64,000 nucleotides of DNA, taken from the NCBI GenBank assembly GCA_965263035.1, contig OZ253580.1, positions 6,112,001 to 6,176,000 of the forward strand, in the 5' to 3' direction. The notes below the pieces were generated by a model. The model saw only the letters and a program-made list of their open reading frames with translations. It was not told the origin of the DNA and made no database searches. Of this stretch, positions 49,213 through 59,417 are shown piece after piece. Position 1 is the stretch's first letter, and each line of letters opens with the position of its first letter. The stretch is from Acidobacteriota bacterium (GTDB lineage: Bacteria > Acidobacteriota > UBA6911 > RPQK01 > JAJDTT01). The position numbers were made by a program, and so were the translations under genes.

Positions 49213-50657
49213 TTCTCTTGGCTGCAATGCTGAGAGTAAGCCTGTTGACTGCGACGCCGGCCCAGGAACTCCCGACTTATAAGGTGCAGTTCTTTCTACC
49301 GATGGATCTGTATCGAGAATCCAAAACGCCCGAACAGCTGAATCCTGCTGCAGTCAGCCGGATGCGAGATCAGATCCGAGAGATCGATCCGAGGGTCACA
49401 CAGCTCGGCACCCTCCCTACCTGGGTCTTCCCACTCTTTGCGCACGCGGCTTTGGAGCCGAACTTCGATCCACATCGCGACATCACTGGCGTTGACACGC
49501 CCGAGGCATTGGTGCAGTGCATTCCGTCCCTCAAGAGTCCCGAATATCGCCGATTGATCGGCATTCGAAATCGAGTGTGGGCCGCAATCGTTAGGGAATT
49601 CCCTGAAATCAATAACTGGCTTGTGGGTGTAGAAGAGGGTCTCGACAGGAAAGGTGTCCACTCTCCACTCGTTGACTGCCAAGGGAGATACCTTACGGAC
49701 ACCGATCTCATTGAGTTTATCGTCGACACCCTGGAGGAACTGTACCCCACCATCAAGCAGGGGAATCGCTGCGCCAAGGTTATCGCCTTTTTTACGAATG
49801 GCCCCCTCGATATCGAGCCCTACATTGATATTCCCCGCTTAATCCAAGTGGAAATTCAGCGCCGGGGGAATGACCCAATGGAGTACTATGACCTGTTCGC
49901 GGACCAGCTGGCACCTCAGTTCGAGTTCCTCCCTTGGGGGGGAGTCCTGTTGGATCGCTTTCCCGACGGACGTTGCACGTTGGACTTTGCCCATTTCGGG
50001 AACGGATCTTCAATCCGTTCCGATTTGGTGCTGGTAAACCGAACCACCTCGGCAGTACGTCCCTTCGTATTTTTTTTCGATCAGAAAGGAAATCCGGTAC
50101 CCCCCGACTCGTTGGCCGACGTGGCGGAAGGTTTGGAATTCGACCAGGGTGGTGCCTTGAGCGTTCGGACGGAGTTGGCGCCCTTAGGGGAGACGACAAT
50201 TACGACCCATGGTCGAGGCGGCCTGGTGACCGGTTCGGTGAGGATTGTCTCCGACGGTCCCGTCGGCGGGGCGCTGCGTTTCAATGTTTCGAATGTCGGC
50301 GTGTCCGGGGTGGGTATCAGTCGACCCGTCGATGACGCGCTATTTCCGGTCCGGCGACAAGAAGGCGGTGTCCGTACCGCGGCAGCTATCCACAACCTCA
50401 GTACGAAGAAGATTGAGTTGACCTGCCAATTGATGAAGGAGGGCATCATCCTGGAAGAAGTCGGGGTCTCTGTGGAAGCCAACGGACAGGTGGCCCGGTT
50501 CATCGAAGAAATGTTCACCGAGACCGATACATCGGACTTCGCTGGGTCGGTAAGGTGTACGGCTCCATGGAGGGAGTTGTTCACCGGAGTGGCGGTAGAA
50601 ATGGATGCCAATAATCGAATCTTCACCACACTGCCCATAGTGCCGGTCCGGCGGTGA
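49158..50657 (+). CDS. Secreted protein, unknown N-domain + 1 C-terminal module
   Basis: Signal-like segment; LDFAHFGNG...FTTLPIVPVRR. Confidence 0.8.
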   Translation: MPADARSKPHLLRSKFPIVLLAAMLRVSLLTATPAQELPTYKVQFFLPMDLYRESKTPEQLNPAAVSRMRDQIREIDPRVTQLGTLPTWVFPLFAHAALEPNFDPHRDITGVDTPEALVQCIPSLKSPEYRRLIGIRNRVWAAIVREFPEINNWLVGVEEGLDRKGVHSPLVDCQGRYLTDTDLIEFIVDTLEELYPTIKQGNRCAKVIAFFTNGPLDIEPYIDIPRLIQVEIQRRGNDPMEYYDLFADQLAPQFEFLPWGGVLLDRFPDGRCTLDFAHFGNGSSIRSDLVLVNRTTSAVRPFVFFFDQKGNPVPPDSLADVAEGLEFDQGGALSVRTELAPLGETTITTHGRGGLVTGSVRIVSDGPVGGALRFNVSNVGVSGVGISRPVDDALFPVRRQEGGVRTAAAIHNLSTKKIELTCQLMKEGIILEEVGVSVEANGQVARFIEEMFTETDTSDFAGSVRCTAPWRELFTGVAVEMDANNRIFTTLPIVPVRR

Positions 50658-50694
50658 GCAGCCGGGATTAGCTGGCGGGGCGATCTCTGGAGAA

Positions 50695-50868
50695 CCTCCT
50701 TTAACTGAAATTAACGGCCGTCCCCCGGAAAAAAGGGAGGCTGGCGGCGTTTCTCCGCTTCTCTCGGAGGTCGTGAATCAGCCTCGATCTGCCCGCAAAA
50801 CGGTCCAGAAGAAGATGGCCAGACGCCCCCAGAAAAGGGTCAGCTTACAATAAGATCAACTTATCGTA
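50695..50868. other. A-site / spacer / B-site module
   Basis: CCTCCTTTAA-CTGAAA-TTAACGGCCG (50695-50720); TACAATAA-GATCAAC-TTATCGTA (50846-50868). Confidence 0.75.
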
Positions 50869-51075
50869 CCCTATAGCCTGTCAGAACAGCCCCCGCTGGG
50901 CCTGGTACTGCCGGGGGGCCTCCAGCTTCTCTGTTCCAGCGCCCAACGAATTCGTACCCTGTGGATACCAATCTCTGTGCCCAGGGGGGACCTCGTAGAT
51001 TTTTCGCATCCAAGGAATGAGGGAAACAGACTTCGCTCTGCCCTGTCCTTCGTCCATTTGGTGGTCCCCGAAAAA

Positions 51076-51465
51076 TCACCTCGAGCGGCCACGTCGCACA
51101 AGCCGAAGAAATACGAACCAGACCAAGGGGATGCAGTAAACAGCAAGTGCCGACCAGTGACCGAGGCGGAAGTCGAAGCCAAGCTCGGTGGCCCAAAGCA
51201 CACCCGCCACTAGGAAGAATCCTCCTGTATACAGCTTGTCCTGGCGGGTCCAGGTGAATCTCGGTCTTGTCCAGATGTGGGAAGCGACCACTGCGAACGC
51301 CACAAACCAGAGGAAGTGGGCGGGCCGATAAAACGTGGGAATCACATACTCATCGAGCCGATCCCAGGTCTTAGTCAGGGGCTGCATCCAGACCGCCAGA
51401 GAGAAGGCCACGACCGTGCGCAGGATCCTCAGAAGTATCTTCACGATCGACCACTCCCGACTCAT
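51076..51465 (-). CDS. Hypothetical 4-TM membrane protein, possibly frameshifted
   Basis: GAGGAGGGG RBS, four hydrophobic segments. Confidence 0.55.
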   Translation of the reverse strand: MSREWSIVKILLRILRTVVAFSLAVWMQPLTKTWDRLDEYVIPTFYRPAHFLWFVAFAVVASHIWTRPRFTWTRQDKLYTGGFFLVAGVLWATELGFDFRLGHWSALAVYCIPLVWFVFLRLVRRGRSR

Positions 51466-51636
51466 CTCTCCCCCCTCCTCATTCGCAGCGGCCCGAGTGT
51501 TCGTGATCTTCCGGGTGCTGCACAACTGAATCCTCCGGTTCCCTCAGTTTTATCGATGGCGTGATGCTCTACACTACACCGCGTCACGCGCCAGAACCTG
51601 TGAGCAGACGGCGGACCATCAAATGAAGAAACGAGC

Positions 51637-51762
51637 ATGTCGAGAAAAGTCGCAGACGTAGCCACATTTCAGAAATACCTCCAGCGCGTGATAGACCGCA
51701 CTCTCCATCACGGCCACAACGTGCAGGCGATCCTCCTCACCCTGGCTGTGTCCGTTAACTGA
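51637..51762 (+). pseudogene. Truncated homologue of an integron-cassette protein (VCH_CASS14-like)
   Basis: MSRKVADVATFQKYLQRVIDRTLHHGHNVQAILLTLA resembles (from memory) the Y..GV..RADHHAGNV..I.LALA family; cut at the A site. Confidence 0.55.
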
Positions 51763-51774
51763 AATTAACGGACA
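51749..51774. other. A-type site, perfect 10-6-10 palindrome
   Basis: TGTCCGTTAA-CTGAAA-TTAACGGACA. Confidence 0.8.
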
Positions 51775-51927
51775 GTCTCTGGGAAAAGGGAGGATGCCGG
51801 GGGCGGGGTCGAATCAGCCCCGATCCGCCGAGTCGGTGGTCCATTCTAGAATTCGGCCAGAAGGAACTCCCCTGCATCCCTGAATACTGTTGCCGACGCT
51901 CCCATCTACCTGGAGGAACCATTCCGG

Positions 51928-54909
51928 ATGTCAATTCACTCCCCGAAGACCTCGTATCCTAGGCCTCAGCGATCCACGAGTTCTCTCCTGGCAGTGACGT
52001 TGGTCCTGCTGGCCGCTCCAGAGCCTGCCACAGCACAAATCGTCCCCGTCTGCGACCGGACCCCGGCAGTGCGCGACGGGATCGTGAATCTAGTGCCAGA
52101 GGTAAATGACTGCGCCGATGTCACCGAGGCGCATCTGGTCGAAGTCCACGGCACCCTCGACTTGAGGGGGCCGGAGTTGCGTAGGGATATATTGAGCGGT
52201 ACACCCTATCAGGTGGGTCTTCCCAAACCCATCGGGGAGTTGAAGGCGGGGGATTTTTCTGGACTGACCGGACTACAACATCTCATGTTGTCTCGCAACC
52301 GCTTTACCACACTGCCGACGGGACTCTTTGCCGGCCTCTTATCGCTGAAGACACTCGACTTGGCCGGCAACAACCGACTGACCACGCTGCCGGAGGGGGT
52401 CTTCTCCGGACTCCCCTCGCTAAATTCGCTCAGTCTTGTGCTGGACGATGATTACCCGAACAGTATTCTGTTAGATCTTTTCTCTGAGCTCTACTCACTC
52501 CCATCATTGGAAGGCTTCTCGCTGGCCTACAATCGAGTGTATGCGCTCCCGGCAGGGATCTTCTCGGGCTTCTCCTCCCTTACAGAACTGACCCTATACA
52601 GCGCCGCGGGCGTTCTGCCGGAGGGGCTTTTGTCGGGGCTATCCTCGCTCCAGCGCCTCCACCTAGGAGTCTATTCCCTGTTCAAATTTCCAGAGGGACT
52701 TTTGTCGGAACTGCCTTCACTTCAGCATCTCCACCTAGTGGCCCGCCGCCAAACCACCCTCCCGCCGGACATCTTCTCAGACCTCCCTTCACTGAAATCG
52801 CTCAAGATCAATATCAACAGACTGATGGCTTCGGGATCGTATCGGGAACCGACAATCCTCCCAGCCCGGATCTTCTCGGGGCTAAGCTCGTTACAACACC
52901 TCGACCTGGAGCACATCGGACTGTCCTCCCTCCCGGCGGACATCTTTTCCAACCTCCACGCATTGACGACACTCAACTTACGGTTCAACCAAATGAAAAC
53001 GCTCCCGCCGGGAATATTCTCGGGTCTCTCCTCGCTGACGACACTCAACTTGAAATCCAATTGGCTACGTACACTGCCGGAAGGCCTATTCTCCGGCCTC
53101 TCCGCCCTCGAAGAACTCTATCTGGAAGACAATGCAATAAAATCTCTGCCGGAGGGGATCTTCTCCGGTCTTTTCTCGCTGAAGCAGCTTCGGCTGCGCA
53201 ATAATCGAAAGGCTCCCATTTACTACCTGCCCATATTTGTTTCATTGGAGCAGGTGGGGGAGGATGGATTCCAGGCTCGCGTCAATACTGGCGCACCCTT
53301 TGATATCGTTCTCCCACTCACTGTGGCCAACGGTACTGTCGACGTGGGGTCAGACCTCCTCACGATCCCCACGGGTCACGAGACCAGCCGCGTCCTTTCG
53401 GTATCTCGGCTTCCCGGTACGACCTCTGCCGTGACCGTCGACGTTTTACGGTTCCCATACCCGCCTCGAGACCAGAGTGGGTACACTCTCGTAAGGGCGT
53501 TCAACTTTCCAGAGACTGTCTTGGAAACTCATTCCCTAGACTTTCCCCATTTCGTCAACGGGTTCTCCATCACTTCTGACCTAGTGTTTGTGAATGTCGC
53601 TGCGACCCCAATCCAGCCCGCCCTCTTCTTTTTCGACAAGCAGGGAGATCTCATAGACCCCGCATCGGTGGTGGATGTCGGCCAAGACCTTCAGGTCCGG
53701 GGGGATGGCGGCCTGACCGTGCGGACGGAAATAGAACCCCTGGGAGAACTCACGATTTCTACCCACGGCCGAGGGAGGCTCGTGACCGGTTCGGTGCGAG
53801 TCGCGGCCGACGGTCCCATTGGTGGGGCCCTGCGTTTCAACAACCCGACGGTCGGGGTCGCTGGCGTGGGAACGGGATCCCCCGTGCAGGACGCTATCTT
53901 CCCCGTGCGCCGCCAGCAATCAGGAATCAATACTGGTGCAGCGATCCGTAACCTGGGAGAGGATCCGATGACCGTGACATGCCAACTAATGAAACGCGGC
54001 AGGGTATTGGAAGAGACGGATATTCCCCTGGCCGGCCACGGACAGACCGCCCAGTTCATCGGCGAGTTGTTCGCTGCGACCGATACGTCGGACTTTGTGG
54101 GGTCCGTGCGCTGCACTGCTCCCGAAGCCGGCCTGTTTACCGGCGTGGCCTTGGAGATAGACTTCGAGAACCCGGTGTCCACCACCTTGCCGCTGGTTCC
54201 CGTTCCACAGATGCGGACACGGGATTACACGCAACTGCACTTCGCCCATTTCGCCAACGGGACGTCCATCACTTCCGATCTGGTGTTCGTGAATGTGGCC
54301 TCGAAGCCGATTCGTCCCGTCATCTATTTCTACGATGGCACAGGCCATCTCATTGCCCCGGAATCGGTGGTGGACCTGGATTACTTTGAGGCCTATGCGG
54401 ATGGAGGCCTGACCATACGGTCGGACATTGCCCCGCTGGGGGAACTCACGATTTCGACCCACGGGCGGGGGCGTCTGGTGACCGGATCGGTGAAAGTCAT
54501 CGCCCCTGGTCCTATCGGTGGATTCCTGCGGTTTGACAACCCCAACGTCGGAGTCGCCGGAGTCGGGGCCAGTGAGGCTGTCCAGGATGCGATCTTTCCA
54601 GCTCGACACCAGGCGCGAGGAATTCGCACGGGAATGGCCATCCGCAACCTGAAAAAGGACGCGATCGACATCATCTGCCAACTGATGCGCGACGGCAGGG
54701 GTTTGGAAGAGAAGGAAATCCCCTTGGCCGGCCACGGACAGACCGCCCAATTCATCCACGAGCTATTCCCCCAGACCGTCACCTCCGATTTCGTGGGATC
54801 GGTGCGCTGCACCGCACCAGAGGACGGCAGGTTCACGGGATTGGCCCTGGAGATGGACGTCGGCAACCGCATCTTCACGACCTTGCCCGTGGTGCCGGTC
54901 CGGCGATGA
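51928..54909 (+). CDS. Secreted LRR protein (~13 LRRs) + 2 C-terminal modules
   Basis: Third paralogue with same cap and modules, more irregular LRRs. Confidence 0.9.
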   Translation: MSIHSPKTSYPRPQRSTSSLLAVTLVLLAAPEPATAQIVPVCDRTPAVRDGIVNLVPEVNDCADVTEAHLVEVHGTLDLRGPELRRDILSGTPYQVGLPKPIGELKAGDFSGLTGLQHLMLSRNRFTTLPTGLFAGLLSLKTLDLAGNNRLTTLPEGVFSGLPSLNSLSLVLDDDYPNSILLDLFSELYSLPSLEGFSLAYNRVYALPAGIFSGFSSLTELTLYSAAGVLPEGLLSGLSSLQRLHLGVYSLFKFPEGLLSELPSLQHLHLVARRQTTLPPDIFSDLPSLKSLKININRLMASGSYREPTILPARIFSGLSSLQHLDLEHIGLSSLPADIFSNLHALTTLNLRFNQMKTLPPGIFSGLSSLTTLNLKSNWLRTLPEGLFSGLSALEELYLEDNAIKSLPEGIFSGLFSLKQLRLRNNRKAPIYYLPIFVSLEQVGEDGFQARVNTGAPFDIVLPLTVANGTVDVGSDLLTIPTGHETSRVLSVSRLPGTTSAVTVDVLRFPYPPRDQSGYTLVRAFNFPETVLETHSLDFPHFVNGFSITSDLVFVNVAATPIQPALFFFDKQGDLIDPASVVDVGQDLQVRGDGGLTVRTEIEPLGELTISTHGRGRLVTGSVRVAADGPIGGALRFNNPTVGVAGVGTGSPVQDAIFPVRRQQSGINTGAAIRNLGEDPMTVTCQLMKRGRVLEETDIPLAGHGQTAQFIGELFAATDTSDFVGSVRCTAPEAGLFTGVALEIDFENPVSTTLPLVPVPQMRTRDYTQLHFAHFANGTSITSDLVFVNVASKPIRPVIYFYDGTGHLIAPESVVDLDYFEAYADGGLTIRSDIAPLGELTISTHGRGRLVTGSVKVIAPGPIGGFLRFDNPNVGVAGVGASEAVQDAIFPARHQARGIRTGMAIRNLKKDAIDIICQLMRDGRGLEEKEIPLAGHGQTAQFIHELFPQTVTSDFVGSVRCTAPEDGRFTGLALEMDVGNRIFTTLPVVPVRR

Positions 54910-54948
54910 CCTGCCGGGGATAGCGGGAGACGGCGACACTCTGGAGAG

Positions 54949-54974
54949 CGTCCGCTAATTGAAATTAACGGACG
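54949..54974. other. A-type site
   Basis: CGTCCGCTAA-TTGAAA-TTAACGGACG; sequence to the right is not the usual spacer. Confidence 0.7.
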
Positions 54975-55162
54975 TCGACCCTCTCCCACACCTGAATCGG
55001 AACCCTAAACACCGTAACCACTCTCGGTTTCAGTGAGCCCCTTAGCCCAAAAAAATCACATTTCTCGGTGTCGTGAAGATGAAGTCATTTCGGGAAACCA
55101 GTCGGGGAGAACCACGGACCCGCTCCGTGGGTCCCCGGTTCCCCAAGACAGGAGGAAGACCT

Positions 55163-55711
55163 ATGAAGCGATGGAGTCAAAATGAAGGAACCCGTCGGCA
55201 TCTATGGAACCGGGCCCTCATCCTGCCGCTGTGCGCTTGCCTGGTACTCGCCAGCAGTGCGACGCATCCCGTCTGGTCCGCCGGAGCATCCAAGGACGAT
55301 CGGCTGCAGGATCAGCTCCAGGGCCAAACGGTTCAAGTTGCCTTCAAGGGCTACGGCTTCATGGAGGGCCAAGTACTGGACGTCCAGAAGAACGCCCTGA
55401 GAATCGATGTCACTAAGAGTTTCAATCCCAGTTTGATTTCGACTGGGGTTCAGGACATCCCCATCGAGCGGATTTCCACCGTGCGCTGGACGGCAGGGTC
55501 CAAGAACAGAAAGATTTTCTTCACGGTGGGCTTTGCAATCGGAATTGTTGGGGGGCTTTGGCTTACGGGAAGTGGAGCTAATGTACTCGCATTTATGGGA
55601 ACTACAGCGGGGGGAGGACTATTCGGTTACGCCGTGGGCTGGGGGCTGGACCAGAAAAGCATCACGTTGGAGACCCATCGACCGAAGGTGGCTCGCGCGA
55701 CCAGGAAATAA
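55163..55711 (+). CDS. Hypothetical secreted/membrane protein with Gly-rich C-terminal TM segments
   Basis: AGGAGG RBS, signal peptide, small beta domain, GxxxG-rich helices. Confidence 0.7.
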   Translation: MKRWSQNEGTRRHLWNRALILPLCACLVLASSATHPVWSAGASKDDRLQDQLQGQTVQVAFKGYGFMEGQVLDVQKNALRIDVTKSFNPSLISTGVQDIPIERISTVRWTAGSKNRKIFFTVGFAIGIVGGLWLTGSGANVLAFMGTTAGGGLFGYAVGWGLDQKSITLETHRPKVARATRK

Positions 55712-56144
55712 GAGTGCGAGCCAAGTGAAATCGCCCTACCGTACATGAACGGAAACCACAGCGATGACTTGTCGAGAACAGTTCAGAGGGGAACCCGAGT
55801 GACCACTGGGCGCGGTCCGGCCGCTGGTGCAGAGGGTTTAGGCCGCCAACTCAATCAGTCGTTTCTTGTCCTGAGTTTCCCCCTGCAGTATTCTTGGTTT
55901 CCCGAAGGCGAGCCCGCCAAGTGTAGCAGCACCCGGCAGGCTCTAAGCCAACTCGACCTATGCCGGAGGAAGAGCCAGCTTGGCAGATATTCTATTCCAC
56001 CCCCCTCCCTGGTTTCATTCCGGCATAGGTCCCCTCATCGGAGTCAGGATCTTCCGACTGCGGAGAATGAAGTCCTCCAACCCGCGCCAAGCCCACTCCT
56101 AATTGGGCACACATGGATCCCGACCCATTAACGAGGGAGAAACC

Positions 56145-58518
56145 ATGACCACCTTTGAACAGACCGAAGGCAACCCCGTGTTTCGGTGCCGCTCCGGCTC
56201 GTGGGGAGGCGGATTTTTCCGAACGAGCATATTGCAAGACAAACTCGTCTCTTTCGTTTTGTCCTCGGCAGTGGGGTGCCTCACGGTCGTCTTGCTGCTG
56301 GCGGCGGCGCCCCCTTTGCAAGCCTGCGACGATGGTTGGACGGTGCCGAATCCCGAGAACAATCCCGGTCTGGTGGAGGACTGTAGAGTCCTTCTCGCTA
56401 TACGCGATGACTTGGCCGGGACCGGCTTCTTGAACTGGGAGTTTGGTTTGCCCATGGACCGCTGGGGCGGTATCCGCGTCTCGGGATCTCCCAGCCGCGT
56501 GCGGCAGTTGGTCCTGTTTGGGGACGACCGGCCAGGGTCGATTCCGTCGGGACTGGGTCGGCTGTCCCAACTGCAGACGTTGATGCTCTCTAGCCGGCAG
56601 CTGATGGGGCCGATTCCGCCGGAATTGGGACAACTGTCGAATCTGGAGGAGTTGAGCCTCTCCGGCGACCGGCTGGGATCGATTCCAGCCGAGTTGGGGC
56701 AGCTTTCCCGCCTCCGTCGGCTGGGACTCGTCGGCAATCAGTTAACGGGATCCATACCCGCCGAATTGGGACGGTTGTCCAATCTCCAGCGCTTACACCT
56801 CGCTGACAATCAGCTGACGGGGCCAATCCCGCCAGAACTAGGCCAACTGCTTCAGTTGAAGGCAATGACGCTTGACGACAATCAGCTCACGGGGCCGATA
56901 CCGCCCGAACTGGGGCAACTCTCTTCGTTGGCGGATCTTCACCTTCAGAACAATCAGTTGACGGGATCGATACCGGCCGAACTGGGACAGCTCTCTTCGC
57001 TGTTTGAATTACAACTCCAAAACAACGAGCTGTCAGGATCGATCCCGCCGGAGCTAGGGCAACTCTCCTCGTTGTTCGAGCTGGATCTCCAATACAACCA
57101 ACTCACGGGGCCGATACCGGCCGAACTGGGACGATTGTCCCAACTCCGGAGAGGATTATATCTCCACAGCAATGAACTGACAGGATCGATTCCGGCCGAG
57201 TTGGGGCAACTCTCCCAGCTGTGGCGCTTGCACCTCCAGAACAACGAGTTGACAGGATCGATTCCGGCCAAACTCGGGCAACTCTCCGAGTTACAGGAGT
57301 TCAGTTTCCGGGGCAACCGGCTGACGGGAGCGGTTCCCACCGAGTTGGGTCATTTGCCCGATGTGTACGTATTGAACTTGGCCGCGCGCCGGATCACCCC
57401 AGAACAAGTTAAGGTCACCTGGGATGATCCGGGTGACCCCAGTGCCAGTTACGAGTACCGGCTCGTGCTGCGGGATGAGAACCTGAACTATACGGTGACA
57501 GACTGGACCGAAATTGAAGATCCGGAGGCGACACTGGGTCCGGGCGAAGGAATCACCATCGAATGGATTTTGACGAACCTGCCAGCCGATCTCGATGTCG
57601 TCTCCGTCCGTTTGAGGGCGAAGAACGAGAACGGACCAAGTCCGCCAACATCGGCTCCAGTCGAACCCCTCCAGGTTTCCGAGGATGCGGATCTCCCCTA
57701 CTGCCGTTCGCTGTGGACGGGACGGGCGCGTTGCACCACCACTGCCGTCCTGCCACACGTCTTCATGGGACCTCTCGGCGAGGATCAGGCCCGAGCCGAA
57801 ATCCTTATTACCAACCGCAGCGGGTTTGTAGCTTGCGACCTGGCGCTGCTCTTTCACCAGGGAACTTCCGAAGCTCCGCAGGTATTGTTCGACAACGAGC
57901 CGCTCGAGGGGAACCTGTTCGAGGCCACTTTTTCCAGGAGAACTGCACGGATCCTGACCTTGACGTCGGATTCGGAAGAGCTGGTGGTCGGGGCAGTCTC
58001 GGTCTTCGTCCGCGCGCCCTGCTCGATCACCTCGTTCCAGATTCGGGGACGCTACCTCGTGGAAGAGTCGGATGAACGGGGATATCCAAGAGCTCTTTTC
58101 CGTTCCCGGCCAGTCTCCGCGGGAGTGGCTCGGAAATGGGGATTGTCAAGTCTTGACCGGAGTCTTCGGCCCGGGGCGAAATCTCGGTTTTGCCTCGGTG
58201 ACGACCGAACCGGGGCTTGGTGCTCCGGCCGGGACCCAACTCCATCTCCAGGCCTTCGATCTGGAGGGGAATCCCGTAGAGAGCCCACCCAGCATGGAGG
58301 TCTCCGGCGCACAGACCGCCTCCTTTCCCTGGAGCTTCCAGGAACCCACCATCCTCAAGATGTGCCTGGAGGTTCCGGACCCGGACAGTCAATTCCAGCT
58401 CTCGACCATCGCCATCGGCGTCGTCCAGAAGGGGGATAACGTGCAGTGGAGTGATGAACCCGCCGTGGAAGTTGAGCCATCAGATCACCCGTCGCCATGG
58501 CCGAACGTCGGTCCCTGA
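56145..58518 (+). pseudogene. Secreted plant-type LRR + FN3-like + divergent C-terminal module; frameshift near 58075
   Basis: LTGSIPAELGQLS repeats; VTWDDPG..YEYR; VLPHVFMG module continues in ORF 58072-58518. Confidence 0.8.
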
Positions 58519-59058
58519 ACACCAGAAACACCCATCAGGGGTAAAGAGTGGCTACGGTGGGGGAACTCTGACCACTTTTAGGTAGGTTCAAAAAATTGTT
58601 GGGATTGCCGATATGAAGGAGGCGACACTATGATCACTGAATCCGCCATCTTTCCTGACCTGCCCCGCGGCAGGATCCAACCCAGCCAGTCCCACCCGAG
58701 TCGACTCCCGGTGGGTTGACCCTCCCCACCCGGTGAGCCCATCCCAACCCAAAACTCACATCTCCTTGCATCGGGCCGGAGGAAGGGCCCGCCCTCAGAA
58801 GCCTTCGGCTTCGAGGACACGCCTGCCGGGTGTAGCAGCACCCGTCAGGCTCTCACCTCGACGTGGGCCTCCCCCTGGACGGACAGCTCCCCTTCCCTGG
58901 AGTCCTTCGCCCGGCGGGACACAACGGCACGGGCCAAGCGTCGAAGCGGAGCGTCTCTTCCGGGGTCTTCACAGCGGCCTTCCCGCAGGGATCAATGAGA
59001 AGTGAGCGCCCCCCCGCAGGGCAAGGGTGTGTTACACAGACGGGGATCTTCTGGACAA

Positions 59059-59084
59059 CATCCGTTAACTGAAATTAACAGACG
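59059..59084. other. A-type site
   Basis: CATCCGTTAA-CTGAAA-TTAACAGACG followed by conserved spacer; downstream B site deleted near 59160. Confidence 0.75.
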
Positions 59085-59417
59085 TTCTCTGGAAAAAGGA
59101 AGGAAGCCAGGGGGTGCGAATCAGCCCCAATCCTCCGGGAAACACGGTCCAGGAAAAGACCACCACGCCCCTGACTTCCCCGTGTTCTGCGGTGCCCGCC
59201 AAGGGCGAGTGTCCTTCGGCATCGGTCCGGAAACCGCTGTTGCCTCGCTGGTGGATGTCGCCCGCCGGTTCTGGTGGTCTGAGCCACCCCTTCGCTGAGT
59301 CATTTCCGGGTCTGGTCCCCGGGCCGTATGGCTAGTATTCTCCAAGACCGGCGTCCGGGTGGGAGAGGACCCGGGAAACGCTATGTCCACTCGTTCTAGA
59401 CTGCAGTAGGAGTCCGC

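Noticed and set aside
58060-58085. Programmed or phase-variable frameshift in the LRR-FN3 gene
   Set aside because: No slippery or homopolymer tract longer than 4 at the site; simple mutation or sequencing error is more likely.
37193-59084. A/B palindromes as CRISPR repeats or integron attC sites
   Set aside because: Spacing is kilobases, there are no cas genes, and they lack the RYYYAAC...GTTRRRY attC boxes and long imperfect stems.
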